Shown here: positions 28,506 through 36,602 of the stretch, piece after piece
How positions within the stretch are numbered: the first letter of the stretch is position 1
How the letters are laid out: every line of letters starts with the position of its first letter
Assembly: GCA_001825155.1 (NCBI GenBank)
Contig: MHVH01000005.1
Location: 3,528-67,527, forward strand
Reading direction: 5' to 3'
Length of the DNA stretch: 64,000 bases
DNA from: Candidatus Zambryskibacteria bacterium RIFCSPHIGHO2_01_FULL_46_25
Lineage (GTDB): Bacteria > Patescibacteriota > Minisyncoccia > Phycocordibacterales > Zambryskibacteraceae
Translations under genes and position numbers: made by a program
The notes under the pieces: model-generated
What the model was told of the DNA's origin: nothing
What the model saw: the letters and a program-made list of their open reading frames with translations, nothing else
Database searches by the model: none

Positions 28506-29747
28506 ATGATACAAGGATTCATACACGCATTAAGAATTCAGTCGAAGATTATTTTTGTCGTGGTAAGAAATCTCAAGGGCCTGACACAAGTTGTGGTCAC
28601 GGCGGATAATCCGGAATTTGATAAAGCGAAGAATCTTACTCTTGAATCAGTCATACGATGCACAGGGGAGATGAAGGATGCTCCACAAGCGCCTGGAGGG
28701 TCAGAAATGCATCCTTCTAGAATTGAGGTTCTTAGCGCCGCTGAGCCAGAACTGCCAATCCCTGTCGTAGTTAAGGGCAGTGACGAAGAAACGGAGGCAC
28801 CGACCCGTTTCGACTACCGCTGGCTTGACTTGCGAAAGCCCGAGAAGACAAAAATTTTTAAAGTCTGGACGGAATTCGAGAAAGGCTGGCGCAAATACTG
28901 GGACGAAAACGGATACATCCAGCTCTATCCGCCAGCATTCATGTCCATTCCGTCGGAGACGGGGGCAGATGTTTTTGAGGTGAAGTACTTCGACCGCAAG
29001 GCTTATCTGGCCCAGTCGCCGCAATTCTACAAGCAGATGGCTATGGCCGCGGGTATGGAGAAGGTTTTCATGGTTGGACCGGTTTTCCGCGCCGAACAGT
29101 CGTTTACCACACGCCACGTAACGGAGTTCACCGGCTGGGACTTCGAAATCTCATACATCAACGACCACAACGATGTCATGGATGCCGAAGAGGGGATGAT
29201 TGTGGCTGGCTTCGAGCAACTCAAGAAAGCTTTTCCTGACCTCGACATAACGATTCCCAAAAGACCCTTCCCGAGAATTACCATGGTTGAGGCAAAAAAG
29301 ATTCTCTCCGGCATGGGTATTCCGTCGCCCGAAGAGCACGACCTTGCGCCCGAGGAAGAGAGAGCCATTTCGGAATATGTAGAGAAGGAAATGGGACACG
29401 AATTTGTTTTTATCACCGAGTATCACAAATCCAAGAGCGCTTTCTACCACATGCGCCTCGACGAGAACTCCGACAGAAGCCGCCGGGCGGACTTGCTTTA
29501 CCGTGGCATAGAAGTGACGACCATGGCTCAGCGCGAACACAGAGTGGAAATTTTGGAAAAGCAGGCACTGGAGAAGGGTATGAATCTTGAGCCACTCAAG
29601 GATTACATCAACTTCTTCCGCTGGGGTTGTCCGCCGCATGGCGGCGCCGGTATCGGTCCGGCTCGCTTTATCATGAGAATTCTCGACTTGCCCAACGTTC
29701 GCGAAGCAACGTATTTGCCAAGAGACGTGAAGAGATTGAATCCATAA
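28506..29747 (+). CDS. aspS: aspartyl-tRNA synthetase, archaeal/eukaryal type (class IIb). AsnRS not fully excluded
   Basis: QSPQFYKQ, FRAEQSFTTRH (motif 2), GGAGIGPARFIMRILDLPNVREATYLPRD (motif 3). Strong resemblance to archaeal AspRS. Confidence 0.8.
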   Translation: MIQGFIHALRIQSKIIFVVVRNLKGLTQVVVTADNPEFDKAKNLTLESVIRCTGEMKDAPQAPGGSEMHPSRIEVLSAAEPELPIPVVVKGSDEETEAPTRFDYRWLDLRKPEKTKIFKVWTEFEKGWRKYWDENGYIQLYPPAFMSIPSETGADVFEVKYFDRKAYLAQSPQFYKQMAMAAGMEKVFMVGPVFRAEQSFTTRHVTEFTGWDFEISYINDHNDVMDAEEGMIVAGFEQLKKAFPDLDITIPKRPFPRITMVEAKKILSGMGIPSPEEHDLAPEEERAISEYVEKEMGHEFVFITEYHKSKSAFYHMRLDENSDRSRRADLLYRGIEVTTMAQREHRVEILEKQALEKGMNLEPLKDYINFFRWGCPPHGGAGIGPARFIMRILDLPNVREATYLPRDVKRLNP

Positions 29748-29753
29748 ATAAAA

Positions 29754-29788
29754 GAAACCCGCCACCGATCGCGATGGCGGGTTTCGCC
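29754..29788. terminator. bidirectional rho-independent terminator between convergent aspS and the 101-aa gene
   Basis: CCCGCCACCGATCGCGATGGCGGG flanked by T-runs on both strands. Confidence 0.7.
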
Positions 29789-29804
29789 GTGATCGGGGCG
29801 GGTA

Positions 29805-30110
29805 TTACTCGATGGCCCAGAATCCGTTCGTGATGTCCCAGTTGACCTCACGACCGAACCGTCGGAGCAGTTTGTCGGTCATCTTGTACATGATCTCTTC
29901 GCTGCTCTTCTTCATGCCATCGTATTCGTACGTGAAGGCGATGCCGAACTGGTTCGTGCCACACGAGCGCACAACCATGAATTTGAACTTGGTTCCCTCG
30001 TCGCCCTGCTTGACCTCCAGGGCGAAGCTCTTCACTTCGTCCAAGGAAATCATCCGGGAAAACTTGATTTGGCCGTTGATGAGGAAGCCTTCGTAACGAA
30101 ACTGAGCCAT
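29805..30110 (-). CDS. hypothetical protein (101 aa), GC-rich
   Basis: GGAGG SD upstream of ATG on the minus strand. A palindrome AAGTACGC-N6-GCGTACTT (30152..30173) lies upstream. Confidence 0.4.
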   Translation of the reverse strand: MAQFRYEGFLINGQIKFSRMISLDEVKSFALEVKQGDEGTKFKFMVVRSCGTNQFGIAFTYEYDGMKKSSEEIMYKMTDKLLRRFGREVNWDITNGFWAIE

Positions 30111-30276
30111 CTGATACCTCCGTAAGGAGTGAAAGGAACATAAGTACGCGACATTGCGTACTTCTTAATCCTATCATACTTCACTCTAAATGTCAAGCTT
30201 TTGCGAGGAAATGGCTCAAATGCGAGGTTTTAGCCCTTCGACAAGCTCAGGGTAAAGGATATATAATGTTATTTAA

Positions 30277-30972
30277 ATGACTGCCGGATTTTCTGTAAAA
30301 ACCGAAGTGTTTGAAGGACCCTTGGATCTCCTGCTTGAGCTTGTGAGCAAGCGGAAGCTCTTCGTCAATGATGTATCGCTTTCCGAAGTGGCGGACGACT
30401 TCATCCGCCACATCTCGGAAATGGAGGAATACTCCCTTTCTCTCTCCGCGGAATTTATCCTCGTCGCCTCGACTCTGATGCTTATCAAATCGCGCTCGCT
30501 CCTGCCGACACTCGAGTTTACCGAGGAGGAAGAAGAAAGCATCCACGACCTTGAGAATAGGCTGTTAGCCTATTCTCACACCCAAGAGCTGGCAGCAAAA
30601 CTCAAAGCAATTTTCGGCAAGAGCATCATTTTCGAGAAGACGCCCTCAAAGAATCCTCTCATAGTCTTCTCTCCGGATGCCGAAACCAATCCGGAGAGCC
30701 TTCTCTCCGCTCTCGAGCGAGTTATAGAAGCGCTGCCGAAGAAAGAGGTTCTCTCCAAGGTTACGGTCAAGAAGGTTATTAGCCTTGAAGAGATGATCGA
30801 AAAGCTCACGGAACGGATATCAAAGTCCGGGAAATTGTATTTCAAAGATCTCAAACATAAAGACAAGATCTCGATGATCGTGGGTTTTCTCGCCATGCTC
30901 GAGCTTGTGAAGCGCGGCATTATCAGCGTGAAGCAGCACAGTCGGAACGAAATTGAAATCGAACATGCTTGA
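30277..30972 (+). CDS. scpA: segregation and condensation protein A
   Basis: ScpA N-terminus (…FEGPLDLLLELV…). Confidence 0.85.
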   Translation: MTAGFSVKTEVFEGPLDLLLELVSKRKLFVNDVSLSEVADDFIRHISEMEEYSLSLSAEFILVASTLMLIKSRSLLPTLEFTEEEEESIHDLENRLLAYSHTQELAAKLKAIFGKSIIFEKTPSKNPLIVFSPDAETNPESLLSALERVIEALPKKEVLSKVTVKKVISLEEMIEKLTERISKSGKLYFKDLKHKDKISMIVGFLAMLELVKRGIISVKQHSRNEIEIEHA

Positions 30973-31507
30973 ACAAAAAATAGAATCAATACTGTTGTTC
31001 AAAAACGAGCCGGTCACTCTCGCGGAGCTTTCCAAGATACTTAATGTCCCGCGAGAGAATTTACAATTTGCAATTTCCAATTTACAAAAAAAATATGAGA
31101 ATTCGGGAATAGTTATCATCACGGATGGAGAGAATTACAGCCTCGGCACGCATCCAGACAATTCGGAACTGATAGAAGAAATTCAGAAAGAGGAGCTCAA
31201 CCGCGACATCGGGCGGGCGGGGCTCGAAACTCTGGCGATTATCCTGTATCGTGGGCCGGTATCGAGGAGAGAGATTGACTACATCAGAGGCGTCAATTCG
31301 AGCTTCATCCTGCGTTCGCTCCTCATCCGCGGTCTTGTCGAGCGAACCGATATTCCAGGCGAACGAAGCTACAGTTACAAGCCGACGCTGAAGCTCCTTG
31401 AACATCTCGGAGTGTCGCGCCGAGAGGATTTGCCGGAGTATGGCGCGGCGGAGAAGAAGGTGGAAGAATTTATCCAAAGCGGCATAGATGGAGAGAAAGA
31501 TGATTAA
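30953..31507 (+). CDS. scpB: segregation and condensation protein B
   Basis: ScpB winged-helix signature …GLETLAIILYRGPVSRREIDYIRGV…. Confidence 0.85.
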   Translation: MKSNMLEQKIESILLFKNEPVTLAELSKILNVPRENLQFAISNLQKKYENSGIVIITDGENYSLGTHPDNSELIEEIQKEELNRDIGRAGLETLAIILYRGPVSRREIDYIRGVNSSFILRSLLIRGLVERTDIPGERSYSYKPTLKLLEHLGVSRREDLPEYGAAEKKVEEFIQSGIDGEKDD

Positions 31508-32447
31508 AAAATTTTTTAAAAACAGGGAGCTCGAGATTAAATTTTTTGTATTTTTGGCAATGGGATTGTCACTCCTTTTACTCGTATCGTATGTCTTGGG
31601 TTCGAAGATTGAGAGAGGGGACAATTCTGTAGGGACGGGACTTGTCCAGAGCCGATTCCCGGAAATGATGCTTAAGGCTAAGGCCGCTTATGTCTACGAT
31701 GCTCGCACCAAGACTGTTCTTTATGCCAAAAACGAGAATACTCGCATGCCGCTCGCCTCGCTTACCAAGGTCATGTCGGCTCTCGTGGCAAAAGAGCTTA
31801 GTCCGGACTATTCCACCGTAACGATTAGTCGTAGCGCTCTCGATACGGATGGCGACAGCGGTCTTCGTCCGGGAGAGAAATGGAGGCTCAAAGATATTCT
31901 CGACTTTTCCCTCGTGGCTTCTTCGAACGACGGCATGCGCGCGGTGGCTCTTGCTCTGGGTGCGCTTGAGCAATCCGATGCCTCCGATGAAGAAATTATC
32001 GGAGAGTTCGTCTCTCGCATGAACAGGAAGGCGGCGGAGATTGACCTCAAGAATACTTATTTCCGCAATGAGACGGGGCTCGATGAGACGGAATTCAAGG
32101 GCGGAGCCTACGGCACGGCAAGGGACATGTCTTCTCTCATGGAGTATATTCTCCTTTATCATCCCGACTTGCTTGAGGCTACGCAAGAGGTTTCCATGTT
32201 CGCCTTGTCTCTTGACGACTATCGCCACGAAGCAAAGAATACCAATCCTCTGGCCGGGAGGATTCCCGGTCTTGTGGCATCGAAGACCGGCTTCACCAAT
32301 ACTGCCGGAGGCAATCTGGCTCTCATATTCGACCCGGAGCTTGGTCGGCCGATTGTCGTTACCATTCTCGGTTCGACCGAAGAGGGCCGATTCGAAGACG
32401 CACAAACACTCATTAATGCTACTCTCAAGCATCTCAATGAAAATTGA
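31488..32447 (+). CDS. D-alanyl-D-alanine carboxypeptidase (peptidase S11, PBP5-like)
   Basis: Signal/TM N-terminus. SLTK (SxxK) active-site motif and SSND-like SxN motif (VASSNDG). Confidence 0.8.
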   Translation: MERKMIKKFFKNRELEIKFFVFLAMGLSLLLLVSYVLGSKIERGDNSVGTGLVQSRFPEMMLKAKAAYVYDARTKTVLYAKNENTRMPLASLTKVMSALVAKELSPDYSTVTISRSALDTDGDSGLRPGEKWRLKDILDFSLVASSNDGMRAVALALGALEQSDASDEEIIGEFVSRMNRKAAEIDLKNTYFRNETGLDETEFKGGAYGTARDMSSLMEYILLYHPDLLEATQEVSMFALSLDDYRHEAKNTNPLAGRIPGLVASKTGFTNTAGGNLALIFDPELGRPIVVTILGSTEEGRFEDAQTLINATLKHLNEN

Positions 32448-32470
32448 AAATTATAAATTGAAAATTTTAC
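32437..32470. repeat. ATTGAAAATT-type tandem repeat cluster upstream of asnB copy 2
   Basis: aatgaaaattgaaaattataaattgaaaatttta. Spans the dacB-like C-terminus (…HLNEN*) and the asnB2 intergenic region. Confidence 0.6.
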
Positions 32471-32474
32471 CCCT

Positions 32475-34319
32475 ATGTGCGGAATAACAGGGATCACAGA
32501 CAAAAACCTAGCGAAGAAAGAGTTCATCGAGAAGATGACCACTGTTATCGCCCACAGAGGCCCTGATGACGACGGTTTTCTCGTCGACGAACATGTCGCG
32601 CTTGGCATGAGGCGACTTTCAATTATTGATTTAGTCCACGGGGAACAGCCTATTGCGACGCCTGACGGTCGATATAAAATTTTCTTCAACGGTGAGATTT
32701 ACAACTATAAAGAATTAAAGAAAGAGTTGAATAATTATCAATATAAAACCGAGAGTGACACGGAAGTAATACTGGCAGGATTTGTGAAGTGGGGTCCGGA
32801 AGTTCTGAAAAAGCTCCGCGGAATGTTTGCCTTTTGTATTTATGATACGCAGGAGAAGAAAATTTTCTTGGCTCGGGATTTCTTCGGCATAAAACCCTTA
32901 TATTACTGGACACAGGCAAGGCCTATGGGTCCCATAGGCCTTGCCTGTGTAGCGTTTTCTTCCGAGATAAAAAGTTTCTTTGAGTTACCCGGATTCAAGC
33001 CGGAGGTGAATGATGCCGCCGTCTACAACTATCTTTCATACCAATACAATCCGCTGGAAGAAACTTTTTTCAAAAATGTTTTCAAGCTTCCTCCCGCGCA
33101 CTATCTGACGATCGATCTCAAGACTGGCAAGTGGGAGAAGAAGCGCTATTGGCAGTTCAAGTTCTCTCCAGAAGAAGCTCTGGACGAGGAGAATACGCGC
33201 AAAGAGATTCTAAATACGATGGAGGATTCGGTGGCGCATCATATGATTGCCGATGTGCCGGTGGGTTCCTTCTTGTCGGGTGGTATAGATTCCTCTATCA
33301 TCGCAACCTTGATGCAGAAAGTTCGTGGCGAGAAAAAAATAAAAACCTTTACCGTCGGTTTCAACTCTGTAAGCGAAGGTAGGGAAGCGAAAGAGACTTC
33401 AGAGCCGCTTGGTACAGACCATACGGAAATCAGTGTCGGGGCCGAAGAATACTTTGCCACCTTACCCAAGGCGGTGTGGCACTTCGACGAGCCGGTGGCG
33501 GACCCGTCGGCCATCGGGCTTTATTTCCTGGCTCGCGAGGCGAGAAAACACGTCAAGGTGGTGCTCTCGGGAGAAGGCGCCGACGAGCTCTTCGGTGGAT
33601 ACAACATTTATCTCGCGCCCATTGCCGCCGAGAGATTGCGCAAGTTTCCGAAATTCATTTTGAAATTAATCAGTGTACTGCCATTCCGCGGTAGAAACTA
33701 TGCTCAAAGAGCTCTCTTGAAGCTCGAAGACTGGTACATAGGCAATGCCTTAGTATTTAAGCCAGAAGAGATTAGGTCTCTCTGGCGAGACAACCCTATG
33801 TCAAGGGGCATCCTTGACACTCTATATCGAGAAGCGGCTGGGCTCAGCGATTCGACCAAGATGCAATACATAGACATAAACACTTGGCTAGTGGGTGACA
33901 TCCTCGCCAAGGCGGACAAGATGACTATGGCACATTCGCTCGAGCTCCGAGTGCCGTTTTTGGACAGCTCCGTAGCGACACTTGCTTCAAAGCTTCCGAA
34001 TAAATTTAAGTGGCATAATGGTGTAACGAAGTATCTCTTGCGGGAAGCTTTCAAAAATGTTTTGCCGGAATCCACGCGTAAGCGCAAGAAGCTCGGTTTC
34101 CCGACGCCGGTGCGTGAATGGATTACGAAAGAGAGAACGAATGTCATTCTCGAAAATCCATATATCAAATCGCATTTCGATGTTGCAAAAATCGAAGAAT
34201 TGATTAGCGACCATATCTCAAAAAGAACCGACAACTCGCGCAAAATCTACCTCCTCCTCATGCTCGCCCTCTGGTACAATGTATTTATTGAAAATTCTAA
34301 ATTGAAAATTGAAAATTAA
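32475..34319 (+). CDS. asnB: asparagine synthase (glutamine-hydrolysing), AsnB family, copy 2
   Basis: MCGITG N-terminus. SGGIDSS PP-loop. 614 aa. C-terminus (…IENSKLKIEN*) is encoded by the tandem repeat. Confidence 0.85.
   Translation: MCGITGITDKNLAKKEFIEKMTTVIAHRGPDDDGFLVDEHVALGMRRLSIIDLVHGEQPIATPDGRYKIFFNGEIYNYKELKKELNNYQYKTESDTEVILAGFVKWGPEVLKKLRGMFAFCIYDTQEKKIFLARDFFGIKPLYYWTQARPMGPIGLACVAFSSEIKSFFELPGFKPEVNDAAVYNYLSYQYNPLEETFFKNVFKLPPAHYLTIDLKTGKWEKKRYWQFKFSPEEALDEENTRKEILNTMEDSVAHHMIADVPVGSFLSGGIDSSIIATLMQKVRGEKKIKTFTVGFNSVSEGREAKETSEPLGTDHTEISVGAEEYFATLPKAVWHFDEPVADPSAIGLYFLAREARKHVKVVLSGEGADELFGGYNIYLAPIAAERLRKFPKFILKLISVLPFRGRNYAQRALLKLEDWYIGNALVFKPEEIRSLWRDNPMSRGILDTLYREAAGLSDSTKMQYIDINTWLVGDILAKADKMTMAHSLELRVPFLDSSVATLASKLPNKFKWHNGVTKYLLREAFKNVLPESTRKRKKLGFPTPVREWITKERTNVILENPYIKSHFDVAKIEELISDHISKRTDNSRKIYLLLMLALWYNVFIENSKLKIEN
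34287..34319. repeat. ATTGAAAATT-type tandem repeat cluster forming the 3-prime end of asnB copy 2
   Basis: attgaaaattctaaattgaaaattgaaaattaa. Confidence 0.6.
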
Positions 34320-34324
34320 TCCCC

Positions 34325-35377
34325 ATGGACATCTTAAAAATTATTAGTCCGACGGTTATGGCATTCTTTATCGGCATTTTCATCACGCCGTTCTTCACTA
34401 AGTATTTCTACAAATACAAAATGTGGAAGAAGTCTCCTCGCACCGAAGCGGGGGACATTACTTCCGACCACTTCAAGAAAATTCACAATACCGACTTGGA
34501 AATTTCAACTCCGCGCGTCGGTGGCATTATCATCTGGGCATCCGTATTTATCACAGTCGCGGTTATTTACATCCTCTCGATTGTTTTCCCATATGACGCG
34601 ATAGGGGAGCTGTCCTTCTTCAGCCGCTCGCAGACCGTGGTGCCTCTGGGAGCCTTCTTCCTCGCGGCACTCATCGGCCTCTTGGACGACTTACTGCAAA
34701 TATTCGGCCAGGGGAGTTATGCCAAAGATGCCTTGGTTTATCGCAAGGTAAAAATTGTTTTCGTCACGCTCATCGGCCTTGCTATCGCTACCTGGTTTTA
34801 CTTCAAGCTTGATTTCACTTCCATCCACATACCATTTGATGGGCCGTGGGAGCTCGGAATCTGGTTTATACCGTTTTTCGCTCTGGTAATGCTCGCCACC
34901 TTCTCCACTTCGGTCATAGACGGCCTCGACGGCCTGGCCGGGGGGGTGATGGCCTCTTGCTTCACCGCTTTTGCCGCCATCGCCTTCCTCGGAAGCCAGT
35001 ACGACATCTCGGCGCTCTCTGGGGCCATCGCCGGCGGCATATTGGCCTTCCTCTGGTTCAATGTGCCGCCGGCGAGATTCTACATGGGCGAGACCGGCAT
35101 GCTCGCGCTTACTGTGGCGCTCTCGGTTATCGCCTTTCTCACCGATTCTGTTCTCCTCTTGCCGGTAATCGCCTTACCGCTGGTGCTTACCACTCTCTCG
35201 GTTATTATCCAGATTGGTGTTTACAAAGTCTTCAATCATCGTCGGGTTTTCCTCGTCGCTCCGCTTCATCATCATTTCCAAGCTCTTGGTTGGCCGCGCG
35301 AGAAAGTGGTTATGCGCTACTGGATTGTTTCCGTTGTCTGCGCCATTACCGGAGTAATACTCTATCTTGTCAGCTAA
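34325..35377 (+). CDS. mraY: phospho-N-acetylmuramoyl-pentapeptide transferase
   Basis: Polytopic membrane protein. GLLDDL and PLHHHF motifs of MraY/GT4. Confidence 0.9.
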   Translation: MDILKIISPTVMAFFIGIFITPFFTKYFYKYKMWKKSPRTEAGDITSDHFKKIHNTDLEISTPRVGGIIIWASVFITVAVIYILSIVFPYDAIGELSFFSRSQTVVPLGAFFLAALIGLLDDLLQIFGQGSYAKDALVYRKVKIVFVTLIGLAIATWFYFKLDFTSIHIPFDGPWELGIWFIPFFALVMLATFSTSVIDGLDGLAGGVMASCFTAFAAIAFLGSQYDISALSGAIAGGILAFLWFNVPPARFYMGETGMLALTVALSVIAFLTDSVLLLPVIALPLVLTTLSVIIQIGVYKVFNHRRVFLVAPLHHHFQALGWPREKVVMRYWIVSVVCAITGVILYLVS

Positions 35378-36461
35378 AATCGCTCAGCTTAAAGAATGGT
35401 ATGAAGAGCACGAAAGAAGGCTGGCAACCTTCTCGCTCCTGTTCGGCTTCGTATTCGACTCACTCACTCTTACGCGCATTGATGCCTTGCAAGACAATCT
35501 CTGGCTTTTCGGCAACTTGGTGGTAATAGGTGTCTGCATAATCCTTCTTAACCGGCAGGAAAATGATGGCATACAAGACAAAGAAGTTTCGAAGCACTTC
35601 TGGCTGTATAACCTGCTCCAGTTCGGCTTCGGAAACATACTCGGCGGATTCTTTGTCCTCTACTTCAGAAGTGGCACGCTTGCCGTATCTTGGCCGTTTC
35701 TTCTCATCTTACTTGTCGCCATGGTGGCAAACGAGCTTTTCCAGAAGCGCTACGCTCGACTCGTTCTGCAAATCTCGTTTCTCTATCTCACTATTTACGC
35801 CTTCCTAATCTTTATTGTGCCTATAGCTCTTCACAGGATTGGGGCATGGATTTTCCTCGCGAGCGGGCTTGTAAGTCTCCTTGCCGTATGGCTCTTCCTC
35901 ATCGCTTTACATCAGTTCTCGAGAGAGAGGTTCAGGGAGAGCCGGGTCTCCATTGTCCGCTCGGTAGCCGCGATTTTCGCGGTTATGAACATTCTCTACT
36001 TCACCAATCTTATCCCGCCCATCCCACTCTCGCTCAAGGATGCCGGCATTTATCATAATGTGGAAAAATTACCGAGCGGCAGATACAGCGTGCTCGAAGA
36101 AGAGGAGAAGGGGATTATGAGTTTCTTCGACTTCCGCAAAGACATTCACCTGGTCTCCGGCAATACACTCTTTGCTTACAGCGCCATTTATTCTCCGTCC
36201 GACCTTGATACCCAGATTGTCCACGAATGGCAGCATTACGACGAGAAGCAGGGCGAGTGGCTTACAAGCACCACTATTCCACTCCGCCTCTCCGGCGGCA
36301 GGGTAGAGGGCTTCCGCACGTATTCGAGCAAATCGAGCCTTGCTCCAGGCCCATGGCGCGTAAACGTCTCGACTCCCAGGGGCCAACTATTGGGCCGCAT
36401 AAATTTCGAAATAGTTTCTGTCAATTCCTATCCGGCAATAAAAGCCGTTGTGAAGGATTAA
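35367..36461 (+). CDS. hypothetical polytopic membrane protein with C-terminal soluble domain
   Basis: About 6 TM helices, then a domain of about 130 aa. No motif recognised. Confidence 0.45.
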   Translation: MSAKIAQLKEWYEEHERRLATFSLLFGFVFDSLTLTRIDALQDNLWLFGNLVVIGVCIILLNRQENDGIQDKEVSKHFWLYNLLQFGFGNILGGFFVLYFRSGTLAVSWPFLLILLVAMVANELFQKRYARLVLQISFLYLTIYAFLIFIVPIALHRIGAWIFLASGLVSLLAVWLFLIALHQFSRERFRESRVSIVRSVAAIFAVMNILYFTNLIPPIPLSLKDAGIYHNVEKLPSGRYSVLEEEEKGIMSFFDFRKDIHLVSGNTLFAYSAIYSPSDLDTQIVHEWQHYDEKQGEWLTSTTIPLRLSGGRVEGFRTYSSKSSLAPGPWRVNVSTPRGQLLGRINFEIVSVNSYPAIKAVVKD

Positions 36462-36602
36462 CGGCTGACTCAAGGGTGGTTTTGTTATCCACAAGTTGAG
36501 AACATATTATCCCCACATGTCAAGTTGACATACTAACCACTAGGCGTAGGGTTTAAGACATTCTATATTTAGAAGTTTGTATTACACAATAAAATTAAAA
36601 AT

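Noticed and set aside
31578-32432. 284-aa minus-strand ORF antisense to the D-Ala-D-Ala carboxypeptidase gene
   Set aside because: The plus-strand gene has clear S11 peptidase motifs (SLTK, SSND). The antisense ORF has none.
36462-36602. Possible tRNA or promoter structure in the spacer upstream of the beta-helix gene
   Set aside because: No cloverleaf could be folded. Only weak -35/-10-like hexamers (TTGACA at 36518), so not reported as a feature.
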